This document shows, in pieces, positions 39,401 through 53,400 of a stretch of 64,000 nucleotides of DNA. Origin of the DNA: Orbicella franksi. Lineage: Eukaryota. Below the pieces are notes generated by a model that saw nothing but the letters and a program-made list of their open reading frames with translations, did no database searches and was not told the DNA's origin. The position numbers were made by a program, and so were the translations under genes. The stretch's first letter is position 1. Every line of letters begins with the position of its first letter. The DNA lies in contig OZ116712.1 in NCBI GenBank assembly GCA_964199315.1, positions 16,988,001 to 17,052,000 of the forward strand. The letters run 5' to 3'.

Positions 39401-42400
39401 AAGTTTGGGCAGAAGCCATGTTAGTGAGGGTCGTGATAGATAACAAGTTTTTCAAATGAACTGTGAAAAATTCACTCAAATTATCCGAGCTTTGCACCGA
39501 GATGTTAGTTGCTCGGTTTTCGCCCCAAAGTCGGCAGCTGGCCATGGAAACCAGGTAAGATAAGTAAAAGAAATTCATTTGTACTCCTAGATTCAACTTT
39601 GTTGCTGGTGAACCAGCAATGAATAATTCCTTACCGTTTCAACAAAGTTATTGCTAGGACGGGTCGAGGGTGCTAATAGGTGAATCGACACCAGCGCAAT
39701 GTCTTAAAACACCGGTTAAATTTGCCCTACATTACAAACAAAAAAGGCATCAAAATTCTTGTTACTCAATTAGTATTGAAGACAATTGAAGTGTTTTCGT
39801 GTTTCAGTTTAAGGTTGCTCAGTTGTAACATATTTTCCGTCTACGGAACTCTAGCGGCAAAAGGTTAACAGCAAGAGTTAGGGTTTTGTTCTAGTACCCC
39901 AGTATCCCGATCCGTCGTTACGTGTTCAATTAAGCTTGTCACTTCGTCGATTGAGACTATCGCCACTGCGAGTTTTCGACCGTTTTAATTTGATTAGAAA
40001 TGCATGTCTCATCACTGAAATTAACCATGAATACTTAGTTTATTCTTGAGTTGACTTTCCGGAGTCAACTTGCGCAAATTATTGAATTGACAAGAGCCAA
40101 AACAAGCGGGTACGGCAACATGACGGCGCGCTCGCATCATGGATGTATTGAATGCTACCTTAACAATACGTTGATGTAAATTGTCAAAAAAGATCATCTT
40201 ATGAGTAAACAAGAAAATGTCCCGTTCTGGATAGTCAAACAGTCTTCTGTATCTGTTTCATTAAAACCATCTTCATTGCTAAGTGGAAGACGGTTTGTTT
40301 CCGCCACGTCAAAATGCCCGCGTATAAGAATCCATCAGTGGTCATCTTACCTCACGGAAGGTTGAAAGGAAACGAACGGAGTGGAGTATGCTATAAACTT
40401 TGAAACTTTTGCTCAATTCCATCCCTCGGTGAGACTCCTATTGGTAATTTCACCACGTGGAAAGAAAAACAAATGGAAAAAGGTGAGCCTTTTTGTAAAA
40501 CAATTAGCAAAAAGACGAGAGTATTGTGATGTTCTTTGGCGCGTGTTTACATCAAAGAACAAAGCTAGTCACAGTGTTCTTCTATCGATGCCTCTTTAGT
40601 TTTTTTTATAAATATCCCCTGAAAGTCTAAACTATTGAACTCATATCATATGTAAATAACCACGACTCGACCTTGATAACACAAAGAAAATGATGTTTAT
40701 ACGGGTGGCGTGTTGTAGTCAGCTCAACCAAATTATACCTCCTGAAGTTTAGCAGAAGAAAACTATAATTTCCATAGTTTTGACGAAGAGCTTGAAAGAA
40801 AGAGCGACTTACCGTTTGAATTTAAGCTTATATTTAAAGGATACTTTCTAAAAGTGAGTTTATACTTGTGAACAATGAACATAAAAGAACCATTTAATGT
40901 ATTCCCAATGAATTAAAGCCTATTCTTAGGGCAATTCTTTGGTTGCCTTCTTGCAATTGTTCAATTTAGACAAAATGTCACATCTGTCAGACCCCAAAGT
41001 GAAAAGTTTTTCTTGCATTGTTAGCAGAGCCCACACACTGTTTACACTCAAAGCTTCGCTCGTAAATTGAAACAAGCACACTTCCATTGCGGATACATCA
41101 ACTGTGATGGCCAGTGCAAACATATTAATGCAAGAATTGCTCTCTGATCGAATTATTCAGCAGCGATTAGGAACAAATGAACTTTATCGGCTTTAAATGA
41201 GAAATTTTGAACCAGTATTTTACTGAACAACCTTAATAGATCTGCTAGAAACTGCTTCAAAAATCTTAGTGCGTAATCTTGGAAAGTTTACTCTTGAGGA
41301 ATCGAGTTACACCTCTTGAATGGTTTATTTTCTATTCAAATTCCCTGAAGAAAAAGAAATTGAGACATATCGAAATACACTGGACTACATGGCTCTTGAA
41401 AATCTGTTGAAAGCCTCTTTCGTTGTTAGCTCATGTATGGCGTAACACCAGGTATCAGAAGAGAACTTATCTCGCCTGTAGTTAGAACGAAGGGCTGTTT
41501 TCTAGACGAAATAAAATAATTTTTACGCATCAACCCGTCAGACCTAACAAAGTAACAAAACTTTGATTACTTTTGTGTTAACACGCTTTCTAACACCACC
41601 TATTAATTTTATGTATTAGCCTCGTGTTTGTCTTCTTTGTTTCGAGATTTACTGCCGGAAAATGTTGAACTTTCGCTTTCAAAAGAATCATCCACTGTAT
41701 GCACTTGTTAATCACAAAACATGAGCTAAACATTGAAAAATGTCTTGAAGAGGTAACGAAGCCAATAAATTCGTCTCGTGACAAAGCTAAGCCTTCGCCG
41801 AAACAAACAATTCGGTAAGACAGTGAAACCACATGTAAAATTAGTTAGTTTCTTCAGCGAATGTCGAACTTGCAACCCTAAGTGAAGCCAATATCATTTA
41901 GCACTACTGAAGCCATAACAAAACCTGCGAAGTCTTACAAAACGTAACGCGGATCATAATACTATGTAATAAAAACATATTCAAAACAAAGACATGTCCA
42001 ATTTGATGAAAATTCCAGCGAACTAGTACGATTCTTGGTTTCTTTGTCGATTCATTAGTCGTTATGAATCGACGAAACACCATACAATGCACCACCATCA
42101 CCCACGCGACTTTGTGCAATATAAGTAAAGGAATTAATCCCTGACAAAGGAAAATATTTTTAGCTATTCTTCAGTGTATAAGCAGGTTATTTTTTGCAAT
42201 AAACTACACATGAATGACATAGTTAGTATATACAATGAGAGAGAGAAACTTAGTTAGTTTAGTTGTTTAAAAAAGTAACATGAAAAAGCTCAATATGCTG
42301 TAAAACGTCTCAAGTTAAATCCAGTCAAACTTACATGGTCAAAATTCACTTTTCTCTTTACAAGAAACTGGAGCAATGAAGGTCTTTGTACAAGCTGGAA

Positions 42401-43587
42401 GGAGTTTCGAAGAAGATGAAATATGTGAATTTAAGCTTTACTGTTGCTATCCATATTTGGCGTGAAACTATGAAGCACATATGTTTAAGGGAGCTGGCCT
42501 AAAAGGACTTCGGATTTATTTTTGCTTTATTTTACAATTTCTCCTCGTAATTATAACCCAATAATTATTGTTTTACCCAGCGGCTAAGCTGGCGAACACG
42601 GTACACGGAGTATTATTAATTCATGACTTAATCTTCAAGACAATTCTAACACCAGAAGCATGTTGTGTATTGGACTCGTGTGTAAAAACAATTAGATTTT
42701 ACATAAATTAGTCCAACTGGGACACCGTAAACGCCAGTGAAGGAAAAGAAAGGAAGTGTAATCCGCATAGATAACGTTTTAGATGCAAGCTAATAAAAGA
42801 CACGACAAAAGAAGTGGGAGGATAGAGAATTTAGGTAGCAAAAGGTTTCTGGTGATAAGTCAATAGCCGAACGCTCCTCTGTCCCTGGGAGGGCGGCCTG
42901 TACATCATTGCTAATTTCCTGAGATGTTTAAGAGTAGACAATGTTTACAATGTCACTTCACTGAAATAAGATATGAGAGCTTTTCGCAGCAAATCATGAA
43001 GATTGTATCCATACTGGACAAAACTTTTGTGCACTGAACGTGTTCCTAACCAAAGGAGGGCGTAATCGCACCTCTGTCATCGGACGGGGAAATAATTGAA
43101 ACGAAATTGCTTGGGCCATTCTCGGAGGTTTTCAATGATTTCCAAATCGTGACGATGTAATAAACGAAACAATAAAAACAGAGATATACGTAAACTTCCT
43201 AATCCGCCAATCCAATTAAAACCTAAGTCAACAGAAGGCAGTGCAACAGCACAACATGTGTGAAATAAAAGCAAAAGGAAACCTCTCGGACCCAGAGAAT
43301 AGAGCTGCTGTCAAATTAAATCCACTGATTTGACAGACATTTAGTCGTACCTTCAGAGCAATCAGTCGATGTGTCACCACTGTCATAGCGCTTTCTCTTA
43401 ACAAAACAGCCTGATGACAATCAAGCCAATTTGTTTTATTTCAAATGGCTTGTCGTGTGTTTGAAGTATAGCCCCGCCCATGTTCCCGAGACCAGCCTGC
43501 CCTATGCGTGCGACCTGCTTTTAATCTTGTTATCTTGGCTCCCAACACAATGGAGCCCATTTGAGACCGTTTACACGGAACGCGAAC

Positions 43588-43759
43588 ATGGGATCCTTTT
43601 CCATAAGAGACATTCTTAATCTTCCAGAGGACAGGATTCGTTCATTGAATACCAAAGGCGAGGAGCAGATGTCATTTGAGGACAGGAGTTGTACACCGCG
43701 CGTGCAATCCAGCCCAGACGAACCAGAGCTGACTCACGCGCCCGAGATGGCAAAGTCAA
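43588..43759 (+). CDS. NK2-C exon 1 (TN/eh1)
   Basis: AACATGG start; donor TCA A|gtatga. Confidence 0.88.
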
Positions 43760-44894
43760 GTATGAATTATTTTAGTATTACTGAAAATTTCTTGATATAT
43801 TTAAGGGTGCCGCATTCAGGAAACAGTATCTGAGACTCGAGTGCCGCGCGGGAGATTAGCGGACTGAAGAGCTGTTTGTTATGGAGGATAGCGAGAAAAG
43901 GATTTTATTCAAGGGAGTTAAAGCATAGTTAAGCTCTTCAAACCTCACCATATCGGAGAAATCTCGAAGTTGCACTACTTAACTGTCAAGCTGTTTTTAT
44001 TATGCGTCATAGTAGCCTACTGCATACAGCAGCTACCAAAGAGTTATTCAGTATTGTAGCGAATAACATACGTCTTCTATCACCACTTATACCATCAATA
44101 GAAACGGAAAAAGTTTCAAGTGATTAAGACTGCTATGGTGCGAAAAATATGTCAATGAAATTGTCAACCTTTCGAGCCGGTGCGCTGGTTGTTCGGGCAC
44201 CGTTCGTCTCTATTCATGAAGCTGTCTAGCTGGTGCGGAGCGCGTGATTTAGCGTGCTCTGAATAGAGGATTTTTGACTTCAAGGACTTTAAATGAGCAA
44301 ATCCAGATTTTCATTCTCGAGATAAGGTGAATAGATGTAATCCAAAATAGATTATTCATGTTTCATGATGTTACTGGTAGTCTGTTGAGAACCATGTCAA
44401 AAGCAACCTTTAACAAGGACAACTCGCTTTTCACCTTCGCAGGCGCCCAGCAAGTAGTGCCAAGCGCGCAAGTTCTTGACTCGTCGAAAAAGGACCAAAC
44501 AGAGAAAGATATCAAGAAACGCAAAAGACGAGTCTTGTTCACAAAGGCGCAGACCTTTGTCTTGGAAAGAAGATTTCAGCAGCAACGCTATTTGTCTGCA
44601 CCCGAGCGTGAAGAGTTAGCAAGGATAGTGAATCTTACTCCAGCACAAGTCAAAATTTGGTTCCAGAATCACAGATACAAATATCGAAAGCAGATTAGCG
44701 AGAGAGGTCCATGGGATAAACCTTATTCGCCTCTTTCACAGGGAGCTTTACTCAACGGCTCCGGACAGTTTTGCAGTTGTGTTAGCCCGTCTTGTACGAG
44801 TTACCTAAGCGGGTCTCCGTACCACCAAGGAGACTACCTTCACTACCCACCTCCCGTGAACTCTACTTACATTCAGCCAACAACATATTGGTGA
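43588..44894 (+). CDS. Nkx2.2-like: NK2-class homeobox gene C (NK2.2-like, NK2-SD degenerate), 207 aa; exons 43588-43759 and 44443-44894
   Basis: TN motif [14 protein letters not shown]; 683-nt phase-1 intron; homeodomain [32 protein letters not shown]...WFQNHRYK (44517-44696); C-terminus [17 protein letters not shown]; total 624 nt. Confidence 0.93.
44443..44894 (+). CDS. NK2-C exon 2 (homeobox)
   Basis: cttttcaccttcgcag|GC GCC CAG; open to TGA at 44894. Confidence 0.93.
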
Positions 44895-47800
44895 AAATTA
44901 CAATAACTTTCAAAGTGACTCATCGCTAAGGACAATTAGTTGTTACAATGTAGAAAACGCAGCGTGGAGTAGTTTATTTATCAAGCAGTACGTTTATGTT
45001 TTAAAAGTAATTGGAGCAAAAGTTCATTGAGCTAGCATTTGTCTAAAAATAGATAAAAATGGGTGAAACGTTCCATTTTATAGCGCCTAAAGAAAATATT
45101 ATCTGTATATAAGTATCTGTAGTTAAGTTATAGAATGCCAAAAAATAGGTTTGCCTGCTGTAAATTTAACGCTCGTTCAAAGAAATAGATTAGGCCTCCT
45201 TTTCAAACACTTGTCTAGTTTGTTCAATAGAGAACGCTCATATTTACTGGGACAGAAAATTGTAATAATAGAGTAAAGGCTTTTTAAAATAGCAAAAAAA
45301 TCTTGTAAATACTCTAAAATTTTACGTAAAGTGATTGTGTAATGTTTTGTCTGCTAGGCGCTAAATATTGGCGATGTTTCAGAGAGATAAAATAGAATGT
45401 GCAGGAAATATTAGCTGTGTGTGTTGGACATTTTTTGTGTATTCATCTGTCCTTTTTACTTTTTTTATAGAGCTCTTAAGTCGTCAGCAATTTTTCATCG
45501 TGAAAAGAAGTGCAATTCAGAGCAAATCAAAAACGTAATTTAAAATCTTTGCCAACCGACGCGAAACGTAACATTCGATTCATCATCCGCTTAGCAATAT
45601 GTCCCGTGATTTATCGTTGTTATATGAAGTTTGGATGTTGTGTCAAGCTTATTTTTCATTCAAGCCACTTGTTAGAACTACTATTCTAAGACACAACAAT
45701 GAAAGAAATAATCGACAGGGTCGGCTTTCTGTACAGGTAACGAATTGTGTACGCTCGATTTTTACGTTTCCATGAACTTGTGCCATTCAAGAGAGACGTC
45801 GAACTTTTTGTTGGCTTTCAACGCGTTGAGCTTGTGCCAGTGTTTCACTCGCAAGAGTCAGTTCATCAATCGCGGTTGAGATTTACCGTTATTGTTTTCA
45901 AGAGGTAACCATTTGCTTTGAAAAGCTATATTTCGGTATTCTGCTCGTCTCTTCATGGGATCAAGTTTCTTTTGTATTTAAATATTTAAACAGTTTCGTT
46001 AGGCCATAGCATCAATATTGAATCTAAAAGATTAGGCTTAGTAATCGACCAGAAATAACAAAAACTGTTTTGTTTTGTCTGCTATCGGTTAAAGAAACAA
46101 AACAGAAAATGAAACCAGTAAATGAAGTCACCCCCTTGAAAACCTCCAAATATCAAGGTCAGACTGTTGTTTTTATGGAACTGTTGATAAAAAGGGTTAG
46201 CTATCTTCGGACATTTTTTTTTAAGTTAAGTTAGCTTTGTTTGCTTGGACGAATTTATCCCACGCAAAGTAAGAAAAATTTTTACTCCTTTGCAGGCGTA
46301 AATGAAAAAATTTAAAATAGAATTGTGGAAACTACCTGTGTCGAGCGTTTTAGCCAGATTCGTCGATAAGTTACTATTTCAGAAATTTGTTAAAGAGACT
46401 TGGACCTGTTAAGAAAGAAAAAAAAATTATATCACCTTTCATCTGGACATAAATAAAAGATTGATTTAACAAAGGATGTGGTAGAAAAACCTAACTTGGA
46501 CATAAACCAAAAATTGAAAAAACCTCTTTTCAAGACTTTCTTTTCAAAGCTCTGATTGTTACAGTTTATTAGCCGGTACAAGCCGTTGCGAAATTTTAAT
46601 TAAGTAAAACTCGCAGCCTTGGTTTTCTAGCCTGGGAAATTTTTCGAACATCGATATTGGTGGTTCGATCGAAAACAGGAAGACTGATTCATATTTCTCA
46701 GTTCAGTGAAAAAACAAAGTTTACTTTGTTACGCCTGCATACACGTAGGACCGAGGGTTTTATCGTTGCTTGTTTAAGGATTACTTGTATTGACTATGAA
46801 GGCAATAAAGGGTTTTTATTTAGACTTTATATTTCCTACATTGCGAGCGACGCAGGAAGTTTGCCGAGAAGTGTGATTTCATTGCTACATAGAATTAGTC
46901 TCGCCAACAGATTTCGCCTCTATACATTTTATTTTTACATTTAATTAGCGCTTCGCACTTTAACACAGAAAAGATGACGCTTTGGATCCGAGCCACACAC
47001 AAGTTTAATTGAAAATATTGCTATATTGCTGACAACGGAAGCAAATTTCCGTCTTCGACGGCTGCATACTCCTGGGTGGGAAATTCGCGATCATAAACCT
47101 ATTTTGGACACAATTTCCTTTCATTCAAAGGGAAACGGTGTATTTTCGGACAATTGGCAACGGTAGTTTTGTGAATACTTTCCTTTTCCTCTATGGCTGT
47201 CAACACAGAATTAAAAAACCATCATTATCTGTGATTTTGTGTCAGAAGGTAGTGACATTTCAAAGTTATTGGCTAAATAAAGGTTAGGAAATGACTGATC
47301 AAACAGGCTCGCTTGCACGTTCAAAACCATATTCTTAAAGAACTCCACTTGAAATTTTTAATTTTTCGCGAAATCAAAACACCTCTAAGTTCTGGATTGA
47401 TTGATCTCTGATATCGAGAACTAATTTTGTGGCGGGAAAATAGAGTTGTTATATGATTGAGTGGTTCTCGGTTACAAAAGGGATAGAACAGCTAGTGTTT
47501 GTTTATTGGAGCAGCTTTGTGTGACCAACAATAGTTTAATAACACTAACTTTAATTAAAAATGGCCGTTTACTGTGACCGTGGTGTTGACTCTAGTTTCT
47601 GTTTCTTTTATCTTTGTCGTCTCAGGTGCGGCTGCGAATTTCTTGAAATGGAAATTCATTGGTTATTGCAGAGTCAGTTATTGTAGAATTTTTTTGAAAC
47701 TTACGTAAGTTATTTTTAAAACAGAAAATTGTAATTAGTGATATCGTGTTTCAGACGCGCGAAGGTGCTTTGTACAAACCAAACACAAGGAAGTCTACCA

Positions 47801-50649
47801 AACTTCTACTGTCTGTTACGATCGAAATTTTGTATAAACTTGAGCTGACGTTTCCGAAATTTATCTTCGCATTTCCTTAATAACACAGTTTACACAAGGT
47901 TGAAATTAATTCAATTTCAATTTTGTGTGTATGCGATAAAAATTGGAAATTGTAAAATTTGAAGGCTTGTTAGGTGCTGTCTGCTGAAAAAAAGAGATTT
48001 CATTAGCACGTTTGGAAAATGAAATAAAAAGTCATATTTCCTCCATATGTTAGATCAATATAACCCGTAAATTTAACCGCCAATAAAAACCATTGCAATG
48101 GCATCATAATTTTTAAAGCAAAGACTAAAACGACAAACTGCCAAACCTTTTTATGTCCCTAACGCGAAAAATACACAGAGCAGAAAAGCCAAACGGTTGT
48201 TTTCTAGTTGTAAACCTTGCAGGTTTTTCTTAAAATGTCTTTTCCATTCTTCTTGTTATTGCCTTCACCTAATTTTCTAAAGAAAAGAAATTTGTACATG
48301 GCATTGTTTTTATTTCGTTGTAAAATTAATTTTAACCTACAGCAGCTCCGCGATAAAATAGGAAGAAATAAAATGATATTTCTGCGGTGATACAAGTGGC
48401 TTTTTTTTTTCAACCAAACTATTCTACACCAAAAGACATCGTCCCACGTTAGTAGGAACGAAACGTGGGGGAGCAAACATTAGTTTTTTTTATTCAGCCC
48501 AACTGATGCGTAACAAACTCGGTGGTTTTTATGCACGTACGCCCGCGACCCGAGAAAACAATAGAGTAGAGATGTTGATTTATTATTCTTCAAGCGGAGT
48601 TCATAATAAAGTGAAGTTGGACTCGAGTGTATCCATTTTCGCACTCTATGATCGCGAGTGGCCTCTCTTATAACTGAGATTTTTCAACGGAAGATCAATT
48701 CTTTGTGGACCGACGAAAGAGAGGGTGGGACTTTACAACAAGAGGCTTATCACGTGATTTTACCGGAGATAGAGATGAAGGGAAGAAAACTTGTCAACGT
48801 TGATCAAACTTTGTTTCTTGTATGAATAATATTGTTATTCTCTCCAGACTTAACAAGATAAAGAAGTTGACGAGCGAAGTTTCATGTTATATCGATCTCC
48901 ATTTTGTTTAGCAAAATAACACACCTTTTGAGCCGAAGATACCTGTCGCGGTTACTCACGAATCTATTTTGAAAATTTTGTTCAGTTTTTTTTTGATGAC
49001 ATCGTGATAACTTTTTATTACACCAGCATGTTTTAGATTGTTTGTTTAACACCTTTATCTCAGTTATGAGACTGAAGTTCCGCAGCCTTCGCTTGTTGAT
49101 CTCTGTGTTCATCTACAATGAATTAGGTTTCAAAAGGCAATTTCATGCTTTCACTTCTGTTTCCGATTAAACCATCACAGATATCACACGAAACAATATC
49201 ATAATATTTTCTTTCCCACCTACGACATGTTTAAACATGGCGTGGAGAAAGAAAAGATTTCTCTCGATAAATAAACAAAGCATTGAATACTTGTCATCAA
49301 AAATAAAAATGTCACCCACATGCGATAATTTCTGTTGTCAATGGAAACGAGATAGATAGCACCTTTTTTCACGGAGCATTGATCTTTCTGACGTTTCATT
49401 TCAGCTTAAAATGGGTGATTAGATTGTTAGATTTTTTCATTGAAAATGAATAAAGGTTTATCTTTAACAACGTTTCCAACGGCAACAGCATTGACTGATT
49501 GACTGCATACAAAATCATGGGCTCGCTACGTGATGTTTGTAAAACCACCGCAGAGAGCAGAAGTTCTTGTAACAGGGTATCTTTAGATATCAAGATGACA
49601 TCAAGAGATGTTCGAAGTACTGTTTCCAAAAGAGGAATATCACAAATTAAAAAGTTTAAAATTGATCATCATTGCTGTGAACAATTAGTTCACTCAGTAC
49701 GACACGAGTCTTTTCTCAAATCGATTTCTCAGTTTGTACAGCTTCGTGGCTGATGAAGTCTGTTTAAACTGAAACCGAAAACAATGTCGAGTTTTCGTCA
49801 GTTACTGGCTTTGTTAATTTGATCAAAAGAGCTATTGTTTGCCTTAGACAAGGTATCCTATTAGCAGAGTCGCCCTCGATCTTTATCGTGGACAAGGAAA
49901 TTCACAGAGTTCCACAGAAAGTTAAGCCAGGAGCATTTTGAGTCTCATGAAATGTCCGGATTTCCTCATTTCACGTTGCTGTTGCTGTAAAGTACGAGGA
50001 TTTTCTCGTCAAATAAAACCCCGAGAATTTTCGGCATAGTTGGCAGTGAAAGCCTACTTTACGACCAATTATTCACTCAGGATCGTTTCCTTATTACGTT
50101 CGCTTACTTTTCTCCCCAGCATAACTTAGTCCGTCATTTCCTTTAGTTGAAAACCCCGTTAATAGGGCTACCCCTAGGATTACAAATACGATCAGATTGT
50201 TGCATGCCATGGCTATTTGGTGGTCGGATTAACAGAGCACCACTTTATTTGGTAACAGAAAGTCAGTGATGAAATGTCTAGCTGTGCACAGTTTCGAAAT
50301 TATCAGTCGTGATACTTTTGATTCCAACATTTCTCAGCAGTGTACACTTGTTGGAATTTTAGTTTATTCAAAAGGCTTGTTAATTTAATCTAACACTATG
50401 TTTCTAAAGTGTATGCATCGGGTTGCGGTACATTAGCACCGTAGTGTGACATATCACACCGATATTGCTACCCTCTGGAAATCAATTCAATTTTCTTATT
50501 ATCGCTCACACAAAAGCTAAAGTTTGTTTTTCAAACAGCAGCAAACAGTTTTGGTTGTGTTAAAAGAAAAGGCCATCAAGTCGATACGATTTCTTTATAC
50601 AGCTGTTTTGTTTTCATGGGTCGTTCCATTATGGTCGTGTTAGCCTACC

Positions 50650-51240
50650 AAAAGTTTTTCAACTTAGAACCACTTTGCACAGTGTAATGTAGCACATGAA
50701 AGTACTGCTCAATAGCTTTCATTTGAACGGTCACACACCAGGGTTTAATCCACAGACTCAAAAATTAGAACCACTTTTGTACAGTATAATAAACAGTACC
50801 ACATGAGAGAACTGTTCAATAGCTTTCATTTGAATGGTCACACACTAGGGTTTAATCCACAGACTTATAATTTTGAAACACTTTGGACAGCATAATAAAC
50901 AGTGCCACATCAGTCAAAGTACTGCCCAATAGCTTTCATTTGAACGGTTACACACTAGAGTTTCATCCACAGACTTGGAAAGTCAGAACCATAATAAAAA
51001 GTACCGCATCAAATTACTGCTCAGTAGCTTTCATTTAAATGGACAGACTTAAAAGTTCGAACCACTTTGTACAGCATAGTAAACAGTGCCACTTGAAAGT
51101 ACTGCTCAATAGCTTTCATTTGAATGGTCACACACTAGGGTTTCACCCACGGACTTAAAAAATTAGAACAATCTTGTACTGCTCAAAATCTTTCATTTGA
51201 ATGGTCACGCACTAGGGTTTGATAGAAAGACGCAAAAGTT
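50650..51240 (+). repeat. ~107-bp repeat family cluster, ~6 copies
   Basis: AATAGCTTTCATTT anchors at 50711, 50818, 50928, 51023, 51108 and 51185. Confidence 0.9.
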
Positions 51241-53184
51241 CAATTAGATCCACAAAGTGTTAATTTTTATGAATACTGGTAGGTAGCTCGCTAGTCTTTT
51301 GAGGGAATTGATCTTCTGTGTTTGCGATTCAACTGTGTCCGAGGGTCCTGTCTGTATGCATGCATGGGCTGGTCTGAATTTATAGATTTTATGCTTGAGT
51401 TGAGAACACATAAGTTCACCTCATGACTTGTCTTTTTTTGATCTTGTATTTTGCTTGTATGCCTGAGAATAATTTCCCTGCATAGTTCCCTGAATTTCAT
51501 TTTCTTATTTCATAGTCAACTTAACCAGTTTTGTGGGATTTGTTTAACTCTGGTGTTTGCTTGAGTTTACAGACCATGCAGTTTACAGCACTCCCATCTC
51601 GCTTCGGCCACTTCATCATTTCATGAAACTTGCAACAGTTTTTCATCTGTTCATCCCTAAATTGTTTATCATTGTAGAGGCATTATTTGGATCCCGCTAA
51701 CTATTGTGTTTCTGCAAATTTTCATCAAGTTGAAACCTGTGTTTGAGCTCATTAGCGAACTTGCAACTCTTTGCGCAATTTTCACACACGTTCTGGCAAT
51801 AACAATAGGCCTTCTGCTCTGTTGTGTAAAATGTAAATAAACTTGGACGCAAAACTAACAAAACAATTTTCCTTGTCACCAATGAGGACTATAGGTTAAA
51901 CCCTCCATTTACATAAAACAAAAATAGCTCTTTTTGGATGTTTATCTGGGTCTCATCGAGTCACTGCTCGATAATTTGCCAAAACAAGTTTACCGACCAA
52001 AGTTGCAGAAGAGGAATTGTGACGAACTAGTTCTAAAAATGTTTTTAACTCTCGCCCAAGTCGTGATTTAGTTTGGGCAAATCTTGAATTCCGACGTTTG
52101 GTTTAATAAATCCTAAAATTTCAAGATACTTCATACTTGTTGTTATTTGCAGATTGTAATTTCCGCTTCGTCGGCGATAGCATCTGATCCTGTTATGGAA
52201 TTAAAAGTTTACCTTCCACTAATTGTCGAAGTATGAGAAAAAGAATGAACCTTAGGTCTTGTGATCCCCAACTACAATAGTGCTATAAGCTTGATAAACT
52301 GGTCAGCTAAGTAAGCTAAGACAGTAGATAATAAAAAATCCCTTGAAATGAAGTTATTTCGTTTCAGGAAATTACACATTCCAGTATATAATTGGGAACG
52401 CAACTCACGAGAGACTGACAAGGGTACTTGTAACGTATATCTCTGAGTTAAAAGGGGTTATTAAACCCTTGTGCGTTCCGTGGAACGAAGAGACATTTTG
52501 AAAGCCACATCCGGTTGATGTCTGTTTTTAACCAAAACAATCCAACTCTGTCTGGAGCTGAATAAACTTCCCAGCACGAATAAACAGAGATAACTAAAAC
52601 CACGAGCGTTGTGGATGTGGGAAAGCGGTTTAATGCCACCCTGTGGCATTACGCACCCCAATTTGAGTCCATGTCGTTTTTTGACACGATTTCCAAAAAG
52701 CGTTTTCGACACACACTCTTTCGTGAGAGGGTGTTTTGCTTTGAAGAGCGCTTGAACCCTGAAGAAATGAGGATAAGATTTTAAAGGTCACTTATCAAAT
52801 CTGGTTATGATTCGATTGAATAAGTGTACAAAGACACGTTCTAATCTGCACTTGAAATCCGGACGAGTGGGATTAGCGATAGTTATGTCAGTAATGCGAT
52901 ACTGTCTCGCAATTTTTAATGTACCAAGAATACACTGTGTCTAGTAGAGGATGGTTAAATATGAGATTAACCAAATACCTCTCTCCTGATAAAGAAACAT
53001 TTTTAATGAATAAAATCTTTCTCTCCCACAATCCTAATGTTCTCTGATTTGCGTTTGAGAATATACAGTTCTGCTTACTTGTCATTCAACTGAGTCCACC
53101 ATGTTGCTGTTTACAGTTAGCCGCGAGCAAGTTCTCTTGAAGTAAGCGGGCGGAAGGAAAGAGAGAGTTTGGTCGAAGGCTTCT

Positions 53185-53400
53185 GTTTATTATGCTGTGC
53201 AAAGTGGTTCTTGTAACTTTTAAATCTTCTGGATGAAACCATAGTGTGTGACCATTCAAATTGAAGCAATCGTGCAGAACTTTCATCGGACACTGTTTAT
53301 TGTGCTGTACAAGGTGGTTCTAACTTTTAAGTCTGTGGATGAAACCCTAGTGTGTGACCATTCAAGTGAAAGCTATTGAACAGTATCTTCATGCAACACT
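53185..53400 (-). repeat. ~107-bp repeat family, 2 copies, reverse orientation
   Basis: GGATGAAACC(A/C)TAGTGTGTGACCATTCAA occurs twice. Confidence 0.85.

Noticed and set aside
23770-52860. NK2 autoregulation via TCAAGTG/CACTTGA sites (e.g. 31603, 38995, 44116)
   Set aside because: The number seen is about what chance predicts for a 7-mer in 64 kb, with no clustering at promoters.
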